Shown here piece after piece: positions 38,301 through 50,409 of a DNA stretch of 64,000 nucleotides; the first letter of the stretch is position 1, and every line of letters starts with the position of its first letter. Source of the DNA: Heptranchias perlo (taxonomy: Eukaryota); contig NC_090348.1 of the NCBI RefSeq assembly GCF_035084215.1, positions 31,310,001 through 31,374,000 of the forward strand, written 5' to 3'. A program made the translations under genes and the position numbers. Under the pieces are notes generated by a model, which worked only from the letters and a program-made list of their open reading frames with translations, was not told the origin of the DNA and did not search any database.

Positions 38301-39511
38301 TTCCAACTCTGGGCTATTTCCCTTTCTTATTATATTTCTCTCATGTGGTTTAACTTTTTTTCTTAAATCCCAAGTACTCCCTTTTAATTTTGACTTCCCT
38401 CAGTTATTGTTCAATTGGGTTTATTTCAGGTCATCTACTTCACAGTGTGTTCTTTCACCTTGGGTCCTCTGCACTGCGCCTATAACTTTTCAGCTGCGCT
38501 CCTTTTATAGCTGCTTCTGCTTTGTGCTCCCTTTTACCCAATCATGGTGTTATGATATTAGCATCCCTAGTATTTGGTTATGACCTTGTACAGACGACCC
38601 ACTGACTCCATACTCAGGGAATGTGAAATCTGTATTGGTAAAGTGTTCACCATGCACGTATGAAATAGGAATACTTTATGTAGTTTAGGTGGATCCCATC
38701 TGGCAGCCAGTCCAGCTCCAATAGATTTCCTAAAAAATTACAGTAAAAATTCATGATTTAAAAAGACAAACTGTACTATTGGAATTTGAAAACAGAAGGC
38801 ATCCACTTACCCACACTCCCCATTTGGATCAACCAAACCAAATGATTCTACACACTGACCCTACACACTCTCCTCTCTTCCCTTTCTCTCAGATCTAAAA
38901 GTGGAGTTTATTGATATTACAGAACGGAGTTTGGATCCTTTCATATAAACTAATCTATGGTTTTTTTATGGATTGCACTCCATTTAATTTACACTCCAGT
39001 TAAATAAAGTGACTGCATTGTAAGGTCTAATCTTGTTTTTTATGTCACAGTACTTTTATATTTAAAGACTACAGTGCTCAGTAGATATAAAACAGTAAGA
39101 ATTTTCAAACCATCTATTAGGTATGATCCATTTCCATATTTGACAGCCTTTGTGAAACTCCTTGGAACATCAGTGGTCAGGGCCATCGGACGGACACACA
39201 CACACTATATATGATTCCATCAATGGAGATAACAGGGTAGAACATTTATAGTTTCTGCACTTCATCTATAATTTCATGAGGTTGGCTCTTTGTTTTTGTA
39301 GATGCAACAAAACTGAGACTCTCTCCACATATACAATTTACCACTAATTGACTACTCACCAATTACAGTACTAAGATGCCTCTCCCAACAAATTCAGTTT
39401 GTATTTTCTAGTCCTTGGTTTACTGATTTGTATCATAAGAAACTGCCTCAGTTAATCATCATTTGTTTTTAACCACCATATGAAATAAATACAAATGACC
39501 TGCAGCTTTTA

Positions 39512-40938
39512 CATAAGAAAGGAGAGAGGGGGAAACCGGGGAATTATAGACCAATTAGCCTAACATCTGTTGTGGGGAAAATGCTGGAGTCTATAATTAA
39601 GGATAAGGTGACTGAACACCTCGAGAATTTTCAGTTAATCAGAGAGAGCCAGCATGGACTTGTGAAAGGTAGTTCGTGCCTGACAAACCTGATGGAATTT
39701 TTTGAAGAGGTGACTAAAGTAGTGGACAGGGGAATGTCAATGGATGTTATTTATATGTACTTCCAGAAGGCATTTGATAAAGTCCCACATAAGAGACTGT
39801 TAGATAAGACAGAAGCCTGTGGACTCGAGGGAAAAGTATGGACTTGGTTAGGAAGTTGGCTGAGCGAAAGGCAACAGAGAGTAGGGATAATGGGTAGGTA
39901 CTCACATTGGCAGGATGTGACTAGTGGAGTCCTGCAGGGATCGGTCTTGGGGCCTCAATTATTCACAATATTTATTAACAACTTAGATGAAGGCATAGAA
40001 AGTCTCATATCTAAGTTTGACAATGACACAAAGATTGGTGGCATTGTAAGCAGTGTAGATGAAAACATAAAATTACAAAGGGATATTGATAGATTAGGTG
40101 AATGGGCAAAACTGTGGCAAATGGAATTCAATGTAGACAAATGTGAGGTCATCCACTTTGGATCAAAAAAGGATAGAACAGGGTACTTTCTAAATGGTAA
40201 AAAGTTAAAAACAGTGGATGTCCAAAGGGACTTAGCGGTTCAGGTACATAGATCATTGAAGTGTCATGAACAGGTGCAGAAAATAATCAAAGAAGGCTAA
40301 TGGAATGCTGGCCTTTCTATCTAGAGGACTAGAGTACAAGGGGGCAGAAGTTATGCTGCAGCTATACAAAACCCTGGTTAGACCGCACCTGGAGTACTGT
40401 GAGCAGTTCTGGGCACCGCATCTTCGGAAGGACATATTGGCCTTGGAGGAAGTGCAGCGTAGGTTTACTAGAATGATACCCGGACTTCAAGGGTTAAGTT
40501 ACGAGGAGATATTACAGAAATTGGGGTTGTATTCTCTAGAGTTTCGAAGGTTAAGGGGTGATCTGATCGAAGTTTATAAGATATTAAGGGGAACAGATAG
40601 GGTGGACAGAGAGAAACTATTTCCGCCGGTTGGGGATTTTAGGAGTAGGAGGCAGAGTCTAAAAATTAGAGCCAGACCTTTCAGGGGCGAGATTAGAAAA
40701 CATTTCTAAACACAAAGGGTGGTAGAAGTTTGGAACACTCTTCCGCAAACGGCAATTGATACTAGCTTAATTGCTAAATTTAAATGTGAGATAGATAGCT
40801 TATTGGCAACCAAAGGTATTAAGGGATATGGGCCAAAGGCAGGTATATGGAGTTAGATCACAGATCAGCCATGATCTTATCAAATGGCAGAGCAGGCACG
40901 AGGGGCTAAATGGCCTACTCCTGTTCCTATGTTCCTAT
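39512..40938 (+). mobile_element. CR1 LINE ORF2 RT + 3'UTR (relatively young, one frameshift)
   Basis: [65 protein letters not shown]. Tail cctgttcctatgttcctat. Confidence 0.95.
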
Positions 40939-42264
40939 ATGAAACACAACCGCTTCCTTGATCATTAGTGGTGCAATAGCAGAAAGGTCAAAATTCAGTG
41001 AATCAGAAGCACAAAAGTTTTTTTTAAAAATGGGTAGTTGTTGCATCCAAGAGGATACACAGACAAATGAAATTTAAATTATGAGGCCAGGTTAAAGAAA
41101 TGACTTCCCTGGAAAAATAGACAATTAAGTTACCTAGTTAAAATTTGAGATTGTGAAAGGAATTATCAAAACTAAGCCAAGCAAATTGTTCATCATGTCA
41201 AAGGGTTCAAACACCAGGGTCATATGTTAAATATTAGTAAATTATAAGAGACAGGGGAAAATCAGGCTGAAGTTTTCTTTGGATAGGTTGGGTTCAAGAG
41301 ACAATCTGATGCATCTTGATAGAGAGAGGTTGAGGAAGATGAGGAGAGGGCACGGGAAGGGGTGTTGATCTACCACAATCGGACAACCTTGTTGAGCCCG
41401 ATGACCCTTCCATGCTCATGAAAATTCATGTGTAAAATAGGTAAAATTCATTATGCATCACATGTACAACCTAGAAAAACAGCATAAGCTGACTAACAGT
41501 TTCAAGTAAAAAAACCTGACACAACCCCACTGATATGAAAAGAAGTAATTACACTGAAAGTGCAGTGGGACATGGGCTGGAATTCAAGCTGCAGATAGCG
41601 CCAACTCACATTGCAGTCAATAAACCATAAGTACACACAAGGGGGTTACAAGGGTTGCAAACAAAAGATCAATTTTCAAAAGGGGCTCAGAAGCCTACAC
41701 CCAAACAGAAAATTTTGATTTTTTAAAAATCACAATTTGGTATATTTTCGAGTACTTTGGAGTCTACAAATGAACATGGGCACTGCATTTTAATTAAACT
41801 AAAAAGGAAGGGATATTTCCACAAATTTTGAAGACTACTCTCTATTTACCATTTGAAAGTTTTTAAAAAATTTTAAAACATAATTCATCTAGCAACAGCA
41901 AAAATGTAATATTGGAGAAAAAAAGTTTTAATTATTTTTTAAAAATCACCCAGTAGCAAATAAGAGAACAAACCTTGTCTAAATGGTCATATGATCATGC
42001 CAGTTGGGACTTCCAGCATGCATCAAATTTACATTTGCACACACACTGTCCAAATGTTATCCTCATCTCCACATCAGTTGGTGGTGCATTTCTAGGCGGG
42101 TCCATGGGAAAGCTCCCCCAGAAAATTTAGAATTTTACATGGAAAATGACGCGTTTCCTTTAATTTTTAAGTGCAATTACATTTCACAACTGCTAGTGTT
42201 GAAATCCCAAAACAGGAAAAGCAAATAACATTCAGGTTTCGAATAGACAATCACTAATGTCTTT

Positions 42265-43372
42265 TAGGGAAGGAAACCTACCGTCCTTACCCGGTCTGGC
42301 CTATATGTGACCCGAGACCCACAGCAATGTGGTTGATTCTTAATTGCCCTCTGAAATGGCCCAGCAAGCCACTCTGTTGTAATATCTCGCTAAAAATAGT
42401 CATAATAAGAATAAAAATGGACGGACCACCCGGCATCGGACCACTAGGCACCGGACACGACAAAGGCAAGCCAAGCCTCGTCGACCCTGCAAAGTCCTCC
42501 TCACTAACATCTGGGGACTTGTGCCAAAATTGGGAGAGCTGTCTCACAGACTAGTCAAGCAACAGCCTAACATAGCCATACTCACAGAATCATGCCTTTC
42601 AGCCAATGTCCCAGACTCTTCCATCACCATCCCTGGGTATGTCCTGTCCCACCGGCAGGACAAACCCACCAGAGGTGGCGGTACAGTGATATACAGTCAG
42701 GAGGGAGTGGCCCTGGGAGTCCTCAACATTGACTCTGGACCCCATGAAACGTCATGGCATCAGATCAAACATGGGCAAGGAAACCTGCTGCTGATTACCA
42801 CCTACCGCCCTCCCTCAGCTGATGAATCAGTCCTCCTCCATGTTGAACACCACTTGGAGGAAGCACTGAGCAAGGACACAGAATGTACTCCGGGTGGGGA
42901 ACTTCAATGTCCATCACCAAGAGTGGCTCGGTAGCACCACTACTGACCGAGCTGGCCAAGTCCTGAAGGACATAGCTGCCAGACTGGGCCTGCGGCAGGT
43001 GGTGAGCGAACCAACACGAGGGAAAAACATACTTGACCTCGTCCTCACCAATCTACCCATCGCAAATGCATCTGTCCATGACAGTATTGGTAGGAGTGAC
43101 GACCACCCAGTCCTCGTGGAGACGAAGTCCCGTCTTCGCACTGAGGACACCATCCAACGTGTTGTGTGGCACTACCACCGTGCTAAATGGGATAGATTCA
43201 GAACAGAACTAGCAGCTCAAAACTGGGCATCCATGAGGCGCTGTGGGCCATCAGCAGCAGCAGAATTGTATTCCAGCACAATCTGTAACCTCATGGCCCG
43301 GCATATTCCTCACTCTACAATTACCAACAAGCCAGGGGATCAACCCTGGTTCAATGAGGAGTGTAGAAGAGC
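42265..43372 (+). mobile_element. 5' part of APE-RT LINE (5'UTR + apurinic-like endonuclease)
   Basis: IAILTES, IPGY..HRQD..TRGGG, YRPPS, GNFNVHH, PTRGKNILDLVLT, SDDH endonuclease motifs. No ORF1 visible upstream. Confidence 0.9.
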
Positions 43373-43373
43373 A

Positions 43374-44755
43374 TTTTTTAAAAATTCGTTCATGGGATGT
43401 GGGCGTCGCTGGCGAGGCCGGCGTTTATTGCACATCCCTAATTGCCCTTGAGAAGGTGGTGGTGAGCCATCTTCTTGAACCGCTGCAGTCCGTGTGGTGA
43501 AGGTTCTCCCACAGTGCTGTTAGGAAGGGAGTTCCAGGATTTTGACCCAGCGACAATGAAGGAACGGCGATATATTTCCAAGTCGGGATGGTGTGTGACT
43601 TGGAGGGGAACGTGCAGGTGGTGTTGTTCCCATGTACCTGCTGCTCTTGTCCTTCTAGGTGGTAGAGGTCGCAGGTTTGGGAGGTGCTGTCGAAGAAGCC
43701 TTGGCGAGTTGCTGCAGTGCATCCTGTGGATGGTACACACTGCAGCCACTGTGCGCCGGTGGCGAAGGGAGTGAATGTTTAGGGTGGTGGATGGGGTGCC
43801 AATCAAGCGGGCTGCTTTGTCCTGGATGGTGTCGAGCTTCTCGAGTGTTGTTGGAGCTGCACTCATCCAGGCAAGTGGAGAGTATTCCATCACACTCCTG
43901 ACTTGTGCCTTGTAGATGGTGGAAAGGCTTTGGGGAGTCAGGAGGTGAGTCACTCGCCGCAGAATACCCAACCTCTGACCTGCTCTTGTAGCCACAGTAT
44001 TTATATGGCTGGTCAAGTTAAGTTTCTGGTCAATGGTGACCCCCAGGATGTTGATGGTGGGGGATTCGGCGATGATAATGCCATTGAATGTCAAGGGGAG
44101 GTGGTTAGACTCTCTCTTGTTGGAGATGGTCATTGCCTGGCACTTGTCTGGCGTGAATGTTACTTGCCGCTTATGAGCCCAAGCCTGGATGTCGTCCAGG
44201 TCTTGCTGCATGCGGGCTCGGACTGCTTCATTATCTGAGGTGTTGTGAATGGAACTGAACACTGCAATCATCAGCGAACATCCCCATTTCTGACCTTATG
44301 ATGGAGGGAAGGTCATTGATGAAGTAGTTGAAGATGGTTGGGCCTAGGACACAGCCCTGAGGAACTCCTGCAGCAATGCCCTGGGCCTGAGATGATTGGC
44401 CTCCAACAACCACTACCATCTTCCTTTGTGCTAGGTATGAATCCAGCCTCTGGAGAGTTTTCCCCCAGATTCCCATTGACTTCAATTTTACTCGGGCTCC
44501 TCGGTGCCACACTCGGTCAAATGCTGCCTTGATGTCAAGGGCAGTCACTCTCACCTCACCTCTGGAATTCAGCTCTTTTTCCCATGTTTGGACCACGGCT
44601 GTAAAGAGATCTGGAGCCGAGTGGTCCTGGCGGAACCCAAACTGAGCATCGGTGAGCAGGTTATTGGTGAGAAAGTGCCGCTTGATAGCACTGTCGACGA
44701 CACCTTCCTTCACTTTGTTGATGATTGAGAGTAGACTGATGGGGTGGTAATTGGC
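43374..44755 (-). mobile_element. Inverted RT + 3' tail of the same LINE family
   Basis: QFGFRQDHS, ALDIKAAFDRVWH, GVPQGCVLGP, FADD, WNSLP. 3' tail ends at ~43374. Confidence 0.92.
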
Positions 44756-44794
44756 AGCACCAGACAGACCTAAAAATGAGGTGCCAACCTGGTG

Positions 44795-45645
44795 AATCCG
44801 GCCAATTACCGCCCCATCAGTCTACTCTCAATCATCAGCAAAGTGATGGAAGGTGTCGTCAACAGTGCTATCAAGCGGCACTTTCTCACCAATAACCTGC
44901 TCACCGATGCTCAGTTTGGGTTCCGCCAGGACCACTCGGCTCCAGATCCCGTTACAGCCTTGGTCCAAACATGGGCAAAAGAGCTGAATTCCAGAGGTGA
45001 CGTGAGAGTGACTGCCCTTGACATCAAGGCAGCATTTGACCGAGTGTGGCACCGAGGAGCCAGAGTAAAATTGAAGTCAATGGGAATCAGGGGGAAAACT
45101 CTCCAGTGGCTGGATTCATACCTAGCACAAAGGAAGATGGTCGTGGTTGTTGGAGGCCAATCATCTCAGGCCCAGGACATTGCTGCAGGAGTTCCTCGGC
45201 AGTGTCCTAGGCCCAACCATCTTCAACTGCTTCATCAATGACCTTCGCTCCATCATAAGGTCAGAAATGGGGATGTTCGCTGATGATTGCACAGTGTTCA
45301 GTTCCATTCGCAACACCTCAGATAATGAAGCAGTCCGAGCCCGCATGCAGCAAGACCTGGACGACATCCAGGCTTGGGCTCATAAGTGGCAAGTAACATT
45401 CGCACCAGACAAGTGCCAGGCAATGACCATCTCCAACAAGAGAGTCTAATCACCTCCACTTGACATTCAACGGCATCACCTCCTGACTCCCCAAAGCCTT
45501 TCCACCATCTACAAGGCACAAGTCAGGAGTGTGATGGAATACTCTCCACTTGCCTGGATGAGTGCAGCTCCAACAACACTCAAGAAGCTCGACACCATCC
45601 AGGACAAAGCAGCCTGCTTGATTGGCACCCCATCCACCACCCTAA
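44795..45645 (+). mobile_element. RT fragment of the same LINE family, mirror image of 44080-44755
   Basis: NPANYRPISLLS...FADDC. Internal deletion at ~45479 joined through the microhomology tcacc. Confidence 0.92.
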
Positions 45646-45992
45646 ACCAAAAATACATTTCCTAAAAAGATTCTCATAACTTGTACCTTACACATGAAAA
45701 AGAAGAAATGAGCATTCCTAAACACAATATACATTTCTAGTATCTTAACTTTAGCTGGTCCAGCTATCTGCTTAACTGTTGACTAAGTCAAAGAGTAGGC
45801 CAGCAATAAAGGTGTATTACTTCATTTGAATTTTTAAAAAATATGAAACTCAGGAATCCTTACAAAAAGTTTAAATTGCTCAGGAGGTGGGGTGGGGGTG
45901 GGGGGGAAAGAGAGAGGGAGTGTTTGTATCGTGATGCATAAGGCATCACAACTATATGCAATAGATTTAATGGACCAGTGGGTCTTTTCCTG

Positions 45993-46268
45993 TAAGGTGA
46001 GAGGGGAGAGATACAAAAGGGTCCAGAGGGGCAATTTTTTCACTCAAAGGGTGGTGAGTGTCTGGAACGAGCTGCCAGAGGCAGTAGTCGAGGCGGGTAC
46101 AATTTTGTCTTTTAAAAAGCATTTGGACAGTTACATGGGTAAGATGGGTATAGAGGGATATGGGCCAAGTGCAGGCAGTTGGGACTAGCTTAGTGGTATA
46201 AACTGGGCGACATGGACATGTTGGGCCGAAGGGCCTGTTTCCATGTTGTAAACTTCTATGATTCTATG
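45993..46268 (+). mobile_element. CR1 3' end
   Basis: KVRGERYKRVQRGNFFTQRVVSVWNELP; tail ttctatgattctatg. Confidence 0.88.
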
Positions 46269-47889
46269 TATCATTTTTGAATGCTCAGTTAAGAGTACTG
46301 TACTTTTGTCAAGTTCAATAAAGAATGAAATAGCTCAGCTGCTAATCACATAAAGGAAACTGGAATAAAAGTTGCTTTTTTTCACCTCGGAAATTTATTC
46401 CTGTTCACTCTAAGGAAGGTGAACCCGTTTTAAAGAAACCGCTATTAACTCTCAAATTATCCATAGTTTTGGAAGTTCTGGTCTAATCGTCAATTCCCAG
46501 TTATGGCTTGAAGAATGGCCATTTTAATTGCAATCTTGTTGCCTACAACCATCACACACTGTGAACGTCTGCCCTTCAGAGAATCATCCATCACTGTTTG
46601 GGACATCTTTAAAATTTTCGACAAGGTCTGGCATTGTGCATTTCGAAACAAGTTATTATCATGTGACTGTGATGGAGGGATATTTTGATTTTTATTTTAT
46701 GAAATTTCAAATAGTATGGGGAAATCCAGTTACCTTGTTACTAAGGTTGATTTGACCCCTTTCATCTCCTCTTTCAGCCATTTTCATAAGCATCCCTACA
46801 TTTATTATTTTGGCTAAAACTTTGACCTATTTAAGGGTGCTTTCCTCAATTACTATGGGGGTAGTACCATTGGACTATTGGTGGCCAGAGGAGTCATAAG
46901 TAATTTTTAGTCATGACCAGCCCCACGTTGGGTGCCAAAAGCCATGGCACACTGGAGGCCTCTGTCTGGGAAGAGTTTACTAGGTTATTTTTAGGTTCTG
47001 AGAATGACTGGACCATGGGCTTGTTGTTCTAGTGCAATGTTGTGACCGTTAAACAAATACTGAGACCTAGATATGTATGAGATACATATATTTAATAAGG
47101 TTTATTAAGCACAAGCCAGCAAGGTACAGATGAGATTTTATATATTTAAATTACCTCAATATTAAAAAGCAGAAAAGATGGAAAACCCAGTATGGACTTA
47201 AGATAACAACTGTATACTTTGTGCTGTGATCTATAGATTTCTACTCTTAAAAAAAATAGTAACCCGTTTGCACTTGCCATTACCTTGAACTGTAGCAATT
47301 AAATAACTAGAAAGTTTTTGTAAACATCTAGGTTTAGAAATTTCATGTCCTTGTAGTTTGATGAACAAAGATATAATTTCCACACCATTTGCAGCAATGT
47401 GCAATTAATGTGCAAATACTTCCTAAACAGGTTGAAACATTACAAAAGAGGGGCTCGGAAAAAGGACCTACACAGTAGAAAGGTTACTATTGTATTGAGT
47501 GCTCTGAATGTTTAATGCAATAGAAGGACTCAAGCTGTGCAGTAAATAATTAACAGCTGTTCACAGTGAAATTATGTACGAAAGTATTCACAGTGAACAG
47601 CTTTTAAAGCCAGAAAAGAACCAATGCATTGTTAGTCCAAACTGAAAATAACAATTATTTACACATTAATGCAGTGCTGTCACCAAGCCTATTGAACATA
47701 CTGGTACCAATATGCAACAGGGAAAAAAAATCAAATTAAAGCCAATATGCTAGTTCTGTGAATCTCTTATGCCCCCTTTATACCACAGGATTGTCCCAGA
47801 TAGTAAGAACAGTGTCAGAGCAACACTATGGTATAAATAAACTTTTTGTCAGAGGCAGTGAAACTCTTCACATGGTGCTGCTGACTGAA

Positions 47890-49450
47890 GCCCCGAAAAC
47901 ATCCCAGCTGCAGTGCTGAAGGCTTGTGCTCCAGAACTAGCCGCGCCTCTAGCCAAACTGTTCCAGTACAGCTACAACACTGGCATCTACCCGACAATGT
48001 GGAAAATTGTCCAAGTATGTCCTGACCAGAAAAAGCAGGACAAATCCAATCCGGCCAATTACCGCCCCATCAGTCTACTCTTGTTCATCAGCAAAGTGAT
48101 GGAAGTGTCGTTGACCGTGCTATCAGTCAGGACTTACTCACCAATAACCTGCTCAACGATGCTCAGTTTGGGTTCCGCCAGGACCACTCGGCTCCAGACC
48201 TCATTACAGCCTTGGTCCAAACATGGACAAAAGAGCTGAATTCCAGAGGTGAGGTGAGAGTGACTGCCCTTGACATCAAGGCAGCATTTGACCAAGTGTG
48301 GCACCAAGGAGCTCTAGTAAAATTGATGTCAATGGGAATCAGGGGAAAAATTCTCCAGTGGCTGGAGTCATACCTAGCACAAAGGAAGATGGTAGTGGTT
48401 GTTGGAGGCCAACCATCACAAAGGAAGATGGTAGTGGTTGTCGGAGGCCAGGACATCGCTGCAAGAGTTCCTCAGGGGAGTGTCCTAGGCCCAACCATCT
48501 TTAGCTGCTTCATCATTGACCTTCCCTCCATAAGGTCAGAAATGGTGATGTTCACTGATGATTGCACAGTATTCAGTTCCATTTGCAACACCTCAGATAA
48601 TGAAGCAGTCCGTGCCCACATGCAGCAAAACCTGGACAACATCCAGGCTTGGGCTGATAAGTGGCAAGTAACATTCATGCCAGACAAGTGCCAAGCAATG
48701 ACCATCTCCAACAAGAGAGAGTCTAACCACCTCCCCTTGACATTCAATGGCATTACCATCACTGAATCCCCCACCATCAACATCCTGGGGATCACCATTG
48801 ACCAGAAACTTAACCAGCCACATAAATACCGTGGCTACAAGAGTAGGTCAGAGGCTGGGTAGTCTGCGGCGAGTGACTCACCTCCTGACTCCCCAAAGCC
48901 TTTCCACCATCTACAAGGCACAAGTCAGGAGTGTGATGGAATACTCTCCACTTGCTTGGATGAGTTCAGCTCCAACAGCACTCAAGAAGCTCGACACCAT
49001 CCAGGACAAAGCAGCCCACTTGATTGGCACCCCATCCACCACCCTAAACATTCACTCCCTTCATCACTGGCGCACCGTGGCTGCAGTGCGTACCATCCAC
49101 AGGATGCACTGCAGCAACTCGCCAAGGCTTCTTCGATAGCACCTCCCAAACCAGTGACATCTACCATCTGGAAGGACAAGGGCAGCAGGCACATGGGAAC
49201 ACCACCACCTGCACGTTCCCCTCCAAGTCACACACCATCCCGACTTTGAAATATATTGCTGTTCCTTCATCGTCGCTGGGTCAAAACCCTGGAACTCCCT
49301 ACCTAACAGCGCTGTGGGAGAAACTTCACCACACGGACTGCAGCGGTTCAAGAAGACGGCTCACCGTCACCTTCTCAAGGGCAATTAGGGATGGGCAATA
49401 AATGCTGGCCTTGCCAGTGACGCCCACATCCCATTAACGAATAAAGAAAA
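47890..49450 (+). mobile_element. 5'-truncated copy of the second LINE family, with internal 39-nt-period duplication
   Basis: LKACAPELAAPLAKLF...NYRPISLL...PQGSVLGP...FTDD...tail. cacaaaggaagatggtagtggttgt.ggaggcca is repeated at ~48378 and ~48417. Confidence 0.92.
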
Positions 49451-49699
49451 AGCTACCTGTGGTAGCAATAAACAGTTGTGCTGATGACATTGAGGTAGGG
49501 TCAATGTTTTGGGCCTGACCACGGGTGGGCTGACTTCTTAGCCTAATGCATTCTGAGCACTGGGCACCCACATGGATGTCCCCTAACACTGGGAAGTGTC
49601 TGTTGCCAGATTCTGCCTAAAGCAACTTTGCACTAAACACAGAAGCATGCGATTCGCTTGTGCATTAAGTTAAAGTTGTGGAGATGACACAGAGCAATA

Positions 49700-50025
49700 G
49701 CGATCTGCAAAGAGGTCATTGCTGATGACTGCTACAAACAATCACAGCATGACCTCCAGCACATCATAGACCACTGGACATCAGCAGTTAGAACTTACCT
49801 TGATTAATGGGAGCGATGTTTCAGCCTGCTCCAAGCAATCAGCACAGGGACTTTGGCATAAGGCAACAAAGGCCACAGCTGAAGATATCCCAACAGTTCA
49901 CCACCCTCCAGAGTACCATGTCCGAGGCCACCTTCAACAAGGAGGTTGCAACTCAAGTAGAAAAGATGGAATATTTGAAGAATGTGACCTGAAGTTGGAA
50001 ACAAAGAATGTGCTAAGCTCCGATA
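49700..50025 (+). mobile_element. Ancient RTE (BovB-like) LINE RT relic
   Basis: gctgatgactgc (ADDC), QHDLQHIID, MFQPAP...FTTLQSTMS...KEV, then ..LETK.V, in the order expected for the RTE RT C-terminal half. Confidence 0.5.
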
Positions 50026-50035
50026 CTTACTCAAA

Positions 50036-50385
50036 AGCAAAATACTGCGGATGCTGGAAATCTGAAATAAAAATAGAAAATGCTGGAGAAGCTCAGCAAG
50101 TCAGGCAGCATCTGTGAAGAAAGAAACAGAATTAACGTTTTCGGTCGAAGACCTTTCATCAGAACTGGATGATGTTAATGAGTTAACAGTTTTTAAGCAA
50201 GTATAAAGGCAGGGAAAGGGCAGGGGGGAGGGAGGGGAGGAAGGGGAGGAAAGAACAAAAGGGAAGGTTTGCATTAGGGTAGAGGGCAGGAGTGATTAAA
50301 TGATAAAAAGGGATGATGGTGCAAGGCAAGGAGCGTGGTAATGGCACAAGTTAAGAAACAAAAGATGGGTCTGGAGGAGCTGTGA
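50036..50385 (-). mobile_element. Inverted pseudo-LTR / 3' region of Penelope-like element
   Basis: Directly abuts the PLE ORF in opposite orientation and contains the hammerhead core. Homologous short copies occur elsewhere in the window. Confidence 0.7.
50128..50168 (-). ncRNA. Minimal type I hammerhead ribozyme motif (possibly decayed)
   Basis: Minus strand ccAGTT-CTGATGA-aa-GGTC-ttc-GACC-GAAA-acgtt-AATT: CUGANGA and GAAA cores, 4-bp helix II, palindromic AACGTT in place of helix III, short helix I (AGUU/AAUU). Confidence 0.65.
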
Positions 50386-50409
50386 ATGGCAACAACCACA
50401 ACCAGCAAC

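Noticed and set aside
39572-40709. Intact active reverse transcriptase gene
   Set aside because: 5'-truncated, frameshifted at ~40290, and the catalytic FADD is mutated to FDND.
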